64,000 nucleotides of DNA from a virus: the IMG/VR virus record IMGVR_UViG_3300043177_000268, positions 59,478 to 123,477 of that record. One strand, 5' to 3'. The notes below the pieces were generated by a model. It was not told where the DNA came from, made no database searches, and worked only from the letters and a program-made list of their open reading frames with translations. Below, in pieces: positions 1-9,016 of the stretch. How positions within the stretch are numbered: the stretch's first letter is position 1; the number at the start of each line of letters is the position of its first letter. A program made the translations under genes and the position numbers.

Positions 1-191
1 GCCTGCATATCTGGATTGGTAATGGCTTGATAGGCGGCAGAGATAGTTTTAAACTTTTCTTCTGCTTCTTGGTTTCCGGAATTTCTGTCGGGGTGATGCT
101 GGAATGCCAGCGCTCGATACGCTTTCTTCACCTCCTCCTCTGAGGCCCCCGGTTGAAGACCAAGTGCTGAATAGGCTTCTTGTAGGTTCAT
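1..191 (-). CDS. DnaJ-type J-domain protein (5' part only, runs off window edge)
   Basis: Not in the ORF track. Manual translation from ATG at 191 gives [60 protein letters not shown], a J-domain with the HPD motif. Confidence 0.9.
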   Translation of the reverse strand, partial: MNLQEAYSALGLQPGASEEEVKKAYRALAFQHHPDRNSGNQEAEEKFKTISAAYQAITNPDMQ

Positions 192-723
192 TTCCACTCA
201 CCAAACTATATGCTAATGCTACTGCGATTGCATCTGTCTGATCATTATTCTTCTCAAACGTATATCCGTGAAGAGAGAATAGATCTACTATGAAATCATA
301 TGTCAACTTCTTGCTGTCCGACCCGTCACCTCGACGCCCGCGCTTCTTCTTGGATGGCAGAAGATTGATTCCCGCTCGCCCCCCCAGTATCTTGCGGACC
401 TCCGAGGGCATTATGATAAATGGATCTTTGCGCGTAGTCTCGTAACATATTTTGTATGCCACACCATGATACAGGGCTAATACTTTGAAAGTTTTCCTAT
501 TTGAACCTTGCCAGCAATCCTCTATCGCTATGATGTCCGGACGATACTTAGCTATAATTGCTTTGACAGCCACCTCAAAAACGAGCAGCCGTTCGGCGTG
601 AGATTTTTGCTTCAAGCGCAGAGCTTCATTATAGGCAATCTTCCCATCACTGTAAACGCACACCCCGGTCGAGGCAGATGATATATCTAATGCTAAGACT
701 GTAGTCATAGCAGATATATACAT
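49..723 (-). CDS. ruvC: RuvC-like Holliday junction resolvase
   Basis: [18 protein letters not shown] and [10 protein letters not shown] acidic catalytic motifs. Start may be 708. The C-terminal tail overlaps the J-domain gene. Confidence 0.85.
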   Translation of the reverse strand: MYISAMTTVLALDISSASTGVCVYSDGKIAYNEALRLKQKSHAERLLVFEVAVKAIIAKYRPDIIAIEDCWQGSNRKTFKVLALYHGVAYKICYETTRKDPFIIMPSEVRKILGGRAGINLLPSKKKRGRRGDGSDSKKLTYDFIVDLFSLHGYTFEKNNDQTDAIAVALAYSLVSGNEPTRSLFSTWSSTGGLRGGGEESVSSAGIPASPRQKFRKPRSRRKV

Positions 724-733
724 CCGCTCGTCG

Positions 734-1489
734 TCAATTTACCCCATATGCAGTTTTTGATACTTCACTAAGCTGCCTATTGAGGATGATATCATCCAAC
801 AATATTGGGCCCAATTCAGATACGGGAATTTGATTTTTATCCTCAAATGCACGACATGCTTCAATTTTAGCTAGAAGGTCTATGGCGTGCGGATGATTTG
901 GGAATCCCTCATATTCTTTTTTTACGGCCCCCGCGTAAGCATCCCAGGAACCAAAAATAAATTCTTTACGCTCACCCATATCCTGAGGATTAAAGCCTGT
1001 CAGATTTACATCTTCAAACATAGACAGGTCATACATGTCCTTATCAGCCCTTCGAATACGCTCTGTCAAATATAATTCTAGAGTGGCAAGACATTTAATT
1101 AGATATGTCATACCAAGAGTAATTCCTCGAATACTGAGGTTGTCGCCAATATAATACGATATATTGAGGCGCACGCGCCCTTCGCTTGCTGGCCTAACAC
1201 CCGAGCCGGAGCAGCGATACATGAATATCAAATTATCCATGTCAGATAAGGTTTTTAAACTAAGGATGTCGGCGGAGAACACTACGGTAGCTTCTATACT
1301 GTACCCCAACATATGGTGATCCATATTTAGAATTGCCACACGATCTTTGTCAAACGAGAAGATAATGCTCTTGTCTGCCACATCTGCCGAAATATTTGAA
1401 TAGCCAAGTGCCTTAAGAAATTTCGTAGCTAGTAGAAATTCCCATTTAGTTATTAACTTAGAAAATGTGTCGCGTAAAAAGGATAACAA
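734..1489 (-). CDS. hypothetical protein
   Basis: Long ORF. Start moved to TTG at 1489 (GGAGG upstream) because the track start lies inside the terminator. Confidence 0.6.
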   Translation of the reverse strand: MLSFLRDTFSKLITKWEFLLATKFLKALGYSNISADVADKSIIFSFDKDRVAILNMDHHMLGYSIEATVVFSADILSLKTLSDMDNLIFMYRCSGSGVRPASEGRVRLNISYYIGDNLSIRGITLGMTYLIKCLATLELYLTERIRRADKDMYDLSMFEDVNLTGFNPQDMGERKEFIFGSWDAYAGAVKKEYEGFPNHPHAIDLLAKIEACRAFEDKNQIPVSELGPILLDDIILNRQLSEVSKTAYGVN

Positions 1490-1498
1490 TTGACCTCC

Positions 1499-1541
1499 CA
1501 AAAAATAAAGGTACAGGGGGAACATTTGGCCCCCTGTACCT
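1499..1541 (-). terminator. rho-independent terminator downstream of the SSB gene
   Basis: 11-bp inverted repeat AGGTACAGGGG/CCCCTGTACCT (1509-1519, 1530-1540), followed on the minus strand by TTATTTTTT. Confidence 0.85.
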
Positions 1542-1555
1542 CGGGTATTAGCTAA

Positions 1556-2230
1556 TCATTGGAAGTCAAAGTCATCATCCTCCGCTATGTTAGCAGCAGC
1601 CTTCGAAGCATTCGAATTGCCAGAGCTTTTGAATGTAGCAGAAGAATCTACTGCATTTCCTCCGGCTAGACCCAACTTACGCAGAATTTCCTCTACTTTT
1701 GAGGGCTGAGCAAATTTCTCTGCACTGACACGCGCGAGGAAATCCTTCACCATAAGGCTTTCTTCTTGATTGATTGGGCCCATATTTCTTGGCACAGCAG
1801 TTACAATGTAGGTGTTGGAAATGCCGCGACCGCGGTCCTTATCAATCTTAACATCATACTGGCGTGGGTCACCCCAGTCCTTGTCCTTGCGCAGATTGAC
1901 AATCTGATTGTAAACCTGCTTGCCGAACTCTACCAACTGAACGCGACCACGTTCGCGGTTGATCGCAGCGATGAGGTACTTGGGCTGAGCTTTGTTGCCT
2001 TCGGCGCAAAGCGGGCAGTCATTCAGAGAGCAGTTTACCCTGCGTGTGCGACCTTGCACATCTGTTGCCCAGTGTATTGCGAAGATACAGGGGCCATCCT
2101 GCACAATGCGCAAGAGATACTTCCCGTCATCCTTCATATTAAGGAAGTCATCCTTATCGAAGGCCGCTCCAGATGAGTCACCGCTCTCTGGAAGCCAAGA
2201 GTCTAATTTACCGAATGTTGGTTGTGCCAT
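1556..2230 (-). CDS. single-stranded DNA-binding protein, T4 gp32-like
   Basis: His...Cys...CPLC zinc site (IHW...NCSLNDCPLC) as in gp32, acidic C-terminal tail EDDDFDFQ, replication gene context. Confidence 0.75.
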   Translation of the reverse strand: MAQPTFGKLDSWLPESGDSSGAAFDKDDFLNMKDDGKYLLRIVQDGPCIFAIHWATDVQGRTRRVNCSLNDCPLCAEGNKAQPKYLIAAINRERGRVQLVEFGKQVYNQIVNLRKDKDWGDPRQYDVKIDKDRGRGISNTYIVTAVPRNMGPINQEESLMVKDFLARVSAEKFAQPSKVEEILRKLGLAGGNAVDSSATFKSSGNSNASKAAANIAEDDDFDFQ

Positions 2231-2264
2231 GTTGTTTTCTCCTATTACAATTTTGCTTAATTGC

Positions 2265-2350
2265 GTTATTGTGTTATTGTGTTATTGTGTTATTGTGTTA
2301 TTGTGTTATTGTGTTATTGTGTTATTGTGTTATTGTGTTATTGTGTTATT
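2265..2350. repeat. tandem repeat (GTTATTGT) x10 plus a partial copy; (AATAACAC)n on the mRNA strand
   Basis: Counted directly: ten perfect 8-mers at 2265-2344 plus GTTATT. It contains the upstream gene's stop codon and ends 34 nt before the SSB ATG. Confidence 0.97.
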
Positions 2351-2889
2351 TTCTTTCCCCACTCGTCTCTACGGACGGGTAGGACTTTTTCTGGCAAGTC
2401 GGTATCTTTCGATACGACATCTTTCATAAGATGATGAGCTTTGAGGAATAATTGCTTCTTTTCCTCAATCATCGTCTTAAACATTTTGGCCTCAATACAC
2501 TTGCCTTGAGCTTCCAAAAAGTCCGAATCTGAGAAGGCGTACTGCTCGCGATCTTTGGCAGACTTAAACCCGGCCTCAGCGGCGCGAACCATCATAGCCC
2601 GGCTAAAAGCCGCCTTCTTGGCAGCCTCGCATCTCAACTCGTAGCTTACTGCTAGCGAATATAATTCGCCACACATGGCCATCCCTTTAAGCATCGCTCC
2701 TGCCAAATATTCGGCATAAGATGGATCCAAGTCGTGTATATTTTTAGGGACTTCCCTGGAGATAGCAAATATGCTGGATATGAGCATATCTCCGCCATCC
2801 GGAAGAGTGTGCTCACGCCTAATCGCCATCTCAATTATTTCAGCTCTAGAATTGAGCCCTGAAACCTCAGTATTGTCGCTATCTGCCAT
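2338..2889 (-). CDS. hypothetical protein, possibly UvsY-like recombination mediator
   Basis: Helical K/E-rich protein with EQYAFSDSDF, next to SSB. Start moved to ATG 2889 (GGAGAAGGC RBS). The UvsY call is weak. Confidence 0.4.
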   Translation of the reverse strand: MADSDNTEVSGLNSRAEIIEMAIRREHTLPDGGDMLISSIFAISREVPKNIHDLDPSYAEYLAGAMLKGMAMCGELYSLAVSYELRCEAAKKAAFSRAMMVRAAEAGFKSAKDREQYAFSDSDFLEAQGKCIEAKMFKTMIEEKKQLFLKAHHLMKDVVSKDTDLPEKVLPVRRDEWGKKITQ

Positions 2890-2943
2890 GCCTTCTCCGT
2901 TACTGTGCATATGCTGCAAACGTCGTAGGTAGACGCTCAAATA

Positions 2944-3567
2944 TTAACCGTCAGATCTCCTAAATCTATTGAGATTTGGGCTATCTTTGAGCGCCGCTAA
3001 CTTTGCCATTCTCTGTGCCGTTAGCGGGTCCGACGCTCCCCCGTCAAGGTCTACCAGCGAGGTGGGGTCAGGCGGCATTAAACCGGCCATGGCTGCGGCG
3101 AACTCCGAAGTCCCGGCGCCGGCCCCCTTGGCGGTCTTAGCGACCGTCATATCGCCTTTGGAGAGGCCGAACTCGCGCTCGGCCTCCGCTCGGAGGGCGA
3201 AGATCTCTTGGCGTCGCTCCTCTTCTGGCAAGCTCTTAAGGTGAGGGTACTCCTCCAACAGCTCGCGCTCAATCTCTTCATCCTGCATTTGGGATCGAGT
3301 TTTTGGTTTTACCCTGGCTGATGGCTGAATGGAGGATGCTAACCCCTGCCCTCTCGGTACAAGGTCATATTTGCCGGCGATTAGAGCAGCTACTTTAACG
3401 AGCGTAGCTTCATCAACATCTGCATCCGCCAGCTTTTCCTTGATTGAAGTAAATTCGGCATTAATTGCTGCGGACATGATCGTCTTGCCGCATGCAGGGC
3501 ATGAGTTGTCCTGAAGTGCCTTGGTAAAGGACGGCGGTATCGGGGTTTGACAGTTATTGCATTTCAT
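2944..3567 (-). CDS. zinc-ribbon hypothetical protein
   Basis: N-terminal CNNC...CPAC. Confidence 0.6.
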   Translation of the reverse strand: MKCNNCQTPIPPSFTKALQDNSCPACGKTIMSAAINAEFTSIKEKLADADVDEATLVKVAALIAGKYDLVPRGQGLASSIQPSARVKPKTRSQMQDEEIERELLEEYPHLKSLPEEERRQEIFALRAEAEREFGLSKGDMTVAKTAKGAGAGTSEFAAAMAGLMPPDPTSLVDLDGGASDPLTAQRMAKLAALKDSPNLNRFRRSDG

Positions 3568-6500
3568 TGTTCACCTGATTTTTATAGTAGGCTTCTAAGT
3601 TGATTAACACCAGAGTTTTATTGCCAGCATATTCATTGACTTTAAACATGCCACGTATAGGCAGGCCCACGCGGAGTATTTTCTTCATTTTCTCATACTG
3701 GTCGGCCCATATTGTAACTTCTACACTTTCGCCGCGCAGATTTTCTATGGTTAATTTACCCATAGTTTTACCCTTATTCTTACCATCTTTTTTGATAAGA
3801 ATCTCTTTAATAGATGTTACTATTCCTTCAGTTGGAAAGTTTATATTATCTACCATAGCCTGCAGCTGAGCGTATGTCTGACCATATCTGCCCTCAATAA
3901 AGAATCCGGGATAGAGAGCCTTGATATCTCCAGAAACATATTCTCCCAGAGTATTCTTTTCTCCCTCCAGCTTTTCGCGCATAGTGAATTCAACGTGAGC
4001 TAATTCATGGCTATTTGGTACAAATGCGCTTAGCTGCTCGGGCGTGAGCTGATATGATTTCTTAATCTTCTTCTCTACCACAACTCTGGTGCGACTCGAT
4101 TTACCCTCCAGATCTCCGCTATAATCATCAGATAGCTCCTCATTCTGGAAATCGCCATCATCAGCGATATCCACCTCAACCTCTTCCTCAACCTCTACGA
4201 CAATCTCTTCTCCGTGCTTTTTAGCATACGCCTGCAGTTCTTTACGAATATCAAGGAAGTTGTCATGGATATATTTCCTTGACAATCCAAGGCTGTCGAA
4301 TGCTCCAGCTAGGGCAAGGGCTACGATGACCGACTTGTTTACGACATTTCCTGGTGTACGATGTAGGAAGTCCTGAAATGAAGCATACGGCTGTCCGGCA
4401 ATAATTGCCTTGAGCGCCCTCTCGCCCACGCCTTTTATCGCACCAAGGCCGGTAACAATTGTGCCCTTATCCTTCATAGAATAATATTCTTTGGATAAGT
4501 TAATGTCACATGACTGTATATTAATCTTAAATAGCTTGGCATCTTTTTTGAGAGCGTCGATAATCTCGCTGCGCTCACGCTTATTGCCCCTAGTTTGCGT
4601 ATTTAGATTTGCGCATATAAATGGGCCAGGAGCATGCGCTTTGTAATACGCCGTCTGATAGGAGATCATGCTATACATAATTGCGTGGCTAAGATTGAAT
4701 CCATATCCGGCGAACGGCAGGACGACCTTATTCCATATTTCCTGAGCCTCGTCCTTTGATAGTTCAGAGAACGCCATGGAGTCTATTATGAATTTCTTCT
4801 CCAGTTCCGCAGCAAGATGAGCTCCTTTCTCCTTGAGCTTAGTAAGCTTACGCAGACCGTCTGCTTCGGATAGATCCCATCCGGCTACCAACTGTGCAAG
4901 CTTGAGAAGATCCTCTTCATAAACCGGAATGCCGTGAGTGTGCTTAAATACCGGTTCCAAACATGGGTGGATATACTTTACTGGACTGCGTCCAAACCTA
5001 CGATTTATGAATTCAATTCTATCTTGCTTACGGACAGATGGTCGTCCGAGAGCGCTGATGGCGGCAATGTCCTCAACTGACTTCGGCAGCATAGCCTTGC
5101 AGAGCGGCGTCATACTGCCATTTAACTGAAACATCCCGGTAGTATGCCCCAGATGCATTAGCTTGTAGGCCTTTGCATCGCCATCCTGCAAACTTTCAGG
5201 CTCTGGTAGGGTCATGCCGATTGACTTTGCTAGAGATATAGTCTCATCAATAACATCCAGGGTATCTAACCCAAGAAAGTCCATCTTGACCAGACCAATC
5301 TCCTCGCACTGATCTTTATCATACTGAACAGAGATGGTTCCATCGCTATCTCTGCGCAGCGGAGCGCACTCAGGCAGCGGCGTATCGGAAATCACTATGC
5401 CGGCAGCATGGGTAGCGAACCCGCGCGGAACGCCGATTAACTCATTAGCGTACTCTAGTATAACCGGGTACTCCTGCACGAACTTGCGTAACTTCTCCGA
5501 TGCCTCCATAGCCTTAGCCATAGTGTCGATTTTAATTCGCTTGTCGCCCTCCATTATTAGGTCTGGAATACTGGCTGTAACGTCGTTTGCAATTTTGAAG
5601 GCAGTACTCTTATCTCCTCCAATAACCAATGACCGAGCCACGTCCTTGATGACTAGCTTTGGTGTTAATCGGAGAATGTTAGAAATGAATGCAACCTTGT
5701 CTTCTCCATACTTGTCTTTGCAATATTGAATAACACGCTCTCTGCCGCTAGGAGCAAAGTCGCAATCGATATCTGGAAGTGACTTCTTCTCCTTATTCTG
5801 GAAACGCTCGAAAAGCAATCCATATTTAATAGGATCTGCCATATGAATACCGAGCAGGAATGCTACAAGGGAGCCCCCCACGCTTCCGCGGCCGGGACCG
5901 ACAGTAATCCCGTTATTTTTGGCCCATTGTATGTAATCGGCGACGATTAGCATATACGAGCTGAAGTTGCGCATCTCAAGAATATCAAGCTCTTTCTTTA
6001 CGCGCTCCAGGTATTCCTGCTTCTTTTCTTTAGAAAAGGCTTCTGTGTATTTGTCAAATGCCTTTTTAACACGGAAGCGTAGATAGGCGGCGTCTTTCTT
6101 GAGCGCAGCGATTGCAGGCTTATCTTGCGACCATGCGCTGAACTCAGCTGCATCCCCCTCGTCTTTCCAGGGATACGCCGGCAGTCTGTGACCCTTCGGA
6201 GCCATGTAGTCCGGATATTCACAACTATCGGCTATTTTCACAGTATTATCCACCATTGTGCCCGCAGTGGTACTATCGAATTTTTTCGCAAAGTAGCTGA
6301 CTAACTGATCTCGGCCCTTCAAGTAGAATTCCGGGCACGGCTTAATCGCCCCGTACTTGGTACCGCCGCATTGATAACATTCCTTCTTGGAATCCGCAGG
6401 ATACTCCCCGGTTCCAGCGCAAATTAGGCATGGCTGATATGTAGCGTAACGGTGACGCGTTGGGTCCTCAAGGGATTTCTTGGAACCGATTGCCAATACC

Positions 6501-7180
6501 ATATCGTGATATTTCTCATGCTTACTCGTAAGATAGTGCGAGTCGCATGTGGCAATCATTTGTATTTTTAGCTCATCTGCCAAGAATTTAAGTTGTTCAT
6601 TTAGGAATGATTGATTAAACTCTCCGCGCTGCAACTCATGCGGCTGTAGTTCAATATAAAACTTGTCGCCAAAAAGATCTCTGAAGATTGACGCCAAATC
6701 CTTTGCTTTGCGAATATTTTTTTCAAATATGGCGGAGGCGAATGGGGAACCGCCGCATGCAGAGTTTACAAATAATCCTTCCCTGTGTTTCTTTAGGATA
6801 CTAAAGTCTACGCGCGGAAATTGACGCCCCATCACTGTCACGGAATTACGAAATCCAGCAGCATTTATCTGCAATAGGTTGCGATAACCTTCCTCATTTT
6901 TGGCTAATAGCACAAGATGCCGTCTCTTAGACTTGGGATCATTTAGATCTTCACAGTAATATATTTCACTGCCTGGAATGAACTTAATCTGCCGCCCCTG
7001 CTCTTTATACTTCTTGTATTCCTTATATCCCTCGTGTATACCAGCCAGGACACCGTGATCTGTAATTGCTATACCGGGCTGCCCTAACTCTGCCACTCTC
7101 TTAAAAAGATCTGGTATGCAAATGATTGCATCCATGTGAGAGTGATATGTGTGCGAGTGTAGGTTTACGAAATTGTCCAT
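3554..7180 (-). CDS. dnaE: DNA polymerase III alpha subunit
   Basis: PHP domain (LHSH, ITDHG, TCDSH), GPGRGSVGGS, SLPDIDCDF, GLVKMDFLGL, FNLSHA, C-terminal OB fold. Confidence 0.97.
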   Translation of the reverse strand: MDNFVNLHSHTYHSHMDAIICIPDLFKRVAELGQPGIAITDHGVLAGIHEGYKEYKKYKEQGRQIKFIPGSEIYYCEDLNDPKSKRRHLVLLAKNEEGYRNLLQINAAGFRNSVTVMGRQFPRVDFSILKKHREGLFVNSACGGSPFASAIFEKNIRKAKDLASIFRDLFGDKFYIELQPHELQRGEFNQSFLNEQLKFLADELKIQMIATCDSHYLTSKHEKYHDMVLAIGSKKSLEDPTRHRYATYQPCLICAGTGEYPADSKKECYQCGGTKYGAIKPCPEFYLKGRDQLVSYFAKKFDSTTAGTMVDNTVKIADSCEYPDYMAPKGHRLPAYPWKDEGDAAEFSAWSQDKPAIAALKKDAAYLRFRVKKAFDKYTEAFSKEKKQEYLERVKKELDILEMRNFSSYMLIVADYIQWAKNNGITVGPGRGSVGGSLVAFLLGIHMADPIKYGLLFERFQNKEKKSLPDIDCDFAPSGRERVIQYCKDKYGEDKVAFISNILRLTPKLVIKDVARSLVIGGDKSTAFKIANDVTASIPDLIMEGDKRIKIDTMAKAMEASEKLRKFVQEYPVILEYANELIGVPRGFATHAAGIVISDTPLPECAPLRRDSDGTISVQYDKDQCEEIGLVKMDFLGLDTLDVIDETISLAKSIGMTLPEPESLQDGDAKAYKLMHLGHTTGMFQLNGSMTPLCKAMLPKSVEDIAAISALGRPSVRKQDRIEFINRRFGRSPVKYIHPCLEPVFKHTHGIPVYEEDLLKLAQLVAGWDLSEADGLRKLTKLKEKGAHLAAELEKKFIIDSMAFSELSKDEAQEIWNKVVLPFAGYGFNLSHAIMYSMISYQTAYYKAHAPGPFICANLNTQTRGNKRERSEIIDALKKDAKLFKINIQSCDINLSKEYYSMKDKGTIVTGLGAIKGVGERALKAIIAGQPYASFQDFLHRTPGNVVNKSVIVALALAGAFDSLGLSRKYIHDNFLDIRKELQAYAKKHGEEIVVEVEEEVEVDIADDGDFQNEELSDDYSGDLEGKSSRTRVVVEKKIKKSYQLTPEQLSAFVPNSHELAHVEFTMREKLEGEKNTLGEYVSGDIKALYPGFFIEGRYGQTYAQLQAMVDNINFPTEGIVTSIKEILIKKDGKNKGKTMGKLTIENLRGESVEVTIWADQYEKMKKILRVGLPIRGMFKVNEYAGNKTLVLINLEAYYKNQVNNEMQ

Positions 7181-7182
7181 CT

Positions 7183-7509
7183 TTATACTCCTGAGATCGG
7201 GATATTCAATTCATTTTGAAGATATGCAGCAAGCTGTACTTCAAATAAATTCACAATCCTCGTATCATCTTTATTTTTGAACTTGACATGGATATCTACC
7301 GTGCCAAGCTTCGACTGCAATAATATTGCGTCATTATCTATTCTGATAATAGAATAGACTTCAAGATCGTACGCTAACCTTCCAAATGGAAGAAGAAATT
7401 CTCCGATGCTTTTGCTGATCGGCTGCGGCAACGTGTACTGTATGGTTCGGCATGTTTTGCAGCTCTGAAGCTGACGAACCTGTACTAAATCATGAAATGG
7501 CTTATCCAT
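7183..7509 (-). CDS. hypothetical protein
   Basis: ORF abutting dnaE; one CxxC. Confidence 0.6.
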   Translation of the reverse strand: MDKPFHDLVQVRQLQSCKTCRTIQYTLPQPISKSIGEFLLPFGRLAYDLEVYSIIRIDNDAILLQSKLGTVDIHVKFKNKDDTRIVNLFEVQLAAYLQNELNIPISGV

Positions 7510-7522
7510 TCTAATATACGGA

Positions 7523-7547
7523 AATAGGGGAGAATAACTCCCCTATT
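7523..7547 (-). terminator. hairpin, possible terminator
   Basis: Intergenic 10-bp inverted repeat AATAGGGGAG-aataa-CTCCCCTATT; weak U tract. Confidence 0.6.
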
Positions 7548-7567
7548 GCCTGCCTTGACAGTAATCT

Positions 7568-7789
7568 TTAGGAAAATCGCGCCTGAACTGCTACCGGCTC
7601 GTTTGTTGACTGGTGCATCGTCATGGCACCAAGAATTGCTGTTAGATCACGATCGGCAGCGCGCAACTCCTCCTTGCTGGCCTCAAGCACAACTCGAACC
7701 TTGCCAACATCCTCTTCGCCCTTGCCTGGAATAACGGTAATAGTCTTAACTGTGAAGCCTGAAATTGAACCTACTGCTTGTGTTGTCAT
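7568..7789 (-). CDS. hypothetical protein
   Basis: ORF with AGGAG RBS, co-oriented with neighbours. Confidence 0.6.
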   Translation of the reverse strand: MTTQAVGSISGFTVKTITVIPGKGEEDVGKVRVVLEASKEELRAADRDLTAILGAMTMHQSTNEPVAVQARFS

Positions 7790-7797
7790 ACTTGCTC

Positions 7798-9009
7798 CTA
7801 CTTAACCTTTGCTTGTGAAATGAGAAAATCTATCGCTCTGTTTCTCTCATGGAAAGACATCAAAAGTTCATACTGGCCGGAATTTCTTAGATGTGTCAAA
7901 ACCTCGTCCGGCGTTCTTCCAACCTTCTGCGCCTCGGCCTCTACTACGCCGAACGCCTCGTCTGCGGACATGTGAATATTTTCGCGCTCACGATAAATGG
8001 CATCAAGGAATATATTAGACAGTATATTTCTACGCGCCTGCTGTTTGAGTTGCTGTACGAGCTGCTCCGAGTCTTTAGGAAGCGCTTTTAAACCAATGCG
8101 CCTGCAGATCACCTCAGTCTCGGCATCTATCCAGCGGTCCGGAATCTCCAGAGGGTTAGCCTCGATTAGCTGTGTTAGAACTTCATTATAAAGCTTGGCC
8201 TTTAGCGGTACGGAATGATCATTGGTTTTCTTAGAGATTAAATCTCTCTTCATATCCTCCAACGAAGAGAATAGAGCTGATTTAGCAAATTCGTCATCTA
8301 GTGCTGGTAATGCTCGTGCGAATACGGCGGATAAGCGAACCCGAATAACCCTACCATCCTTAAGCGCTGCGTCAAACTCATCACCTGCTTTCTTATCAAG
8401 AAAGACAGTATTGTCAACAAACGTGTCCGGTGTATCTGATAATGCTACTGAGGCGTGACTATTGCTGCCATCGAGGAATTCAACGGAAACCTGATCGCTC
8501 GCCTCAGCAGGCCTTTCTACAAAATCAAGCTGCGCCATAGAAGCGCGTATCTTCTCAAGATCAGCCGCCACCAGACTGTCTAGTGTTGGCAAAGCCTCTG
8601 AAATGTGCAGTTCGGGCGGGATCACCACCTGTAACTCGGGCTCAAAATCAGCAATTACTGCGAACTCAAAGGAGCCATCGAGATTAAACTCTCCGACATA
8701 TTTTTTTCTACGCGAAGCCCTATGAGCCTCAATGAGACTTGGCGAGCCGACTATTTTAAGTTGTTTCTCGCGAATTGATCCCGAGACCTCTTCATGAACA
8801 ATTCTCGCGGAGCACTCTGCTAAAATAATATCCTTGAATTGATTACGAATTACTGCCGGCGGGGCAGTGCCCTTCCTAAAACCCCTTGCCTCAACACGCG
8901 GGGCGATTTCTTTAATGAAGGAGTTGATTGATTCGTCTACTTGAGATTGTGTAACCGAGAAAAACAGTTGCTTCTCTATGCCACTCTTATCTTCTATCCT
9001 TACTAACAT
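7798..9009 (-). CDS. tig: trigger factor (ribosome-associated chaperone)
   Basis: Ribosome-binding signature GFRKGTAP, VERPAEASDQVSVEF, LPALDDEFAK, helical C-domain. Start moved to ATG 9009 (AGGAGA RBS). Confidence 0.88.
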   Translation of the reverse strand: MLVRIEDKSGIEKQLFFSVTQSQVDESINSFIKEIAPRVEARGFRKGTAPPAVIRNQFKDIILAECSARIVHEEVSGSIREKQLKIVGSPSLIEAHRASRRKKYVGEFNLDGSFEFAVIADFEPELQVVIPPELHISEALPTLDSLVAADLEKIRASMAQLDFVERPAEASDQVSVEFLDGSNSHASVALSDTPDTFVDNTVFLDKKAGDEFDAALKDGRVIRVRLSAVFARALPALDDEFAKSALFSSLEDMKRDLISKKTNDHSVPLKAKLYNEVLTQLIEANPLEIPDRWIDAETEVICRRIGLKALPKDSEQLVQQLKQQARRNILSNIFLDAIYRERENIHMSADEAFGVVEAEAQKVGRTPDEVLTHLRNSGQYELLMSFHERNRAIDFLISQAKVK

Positions 9010-9016
9010 ATATTGT

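Noticed and set aside
2265-2350. CRISPR array
   Set aside because: Contiguous 8-mer tandem repeat with no spacers.
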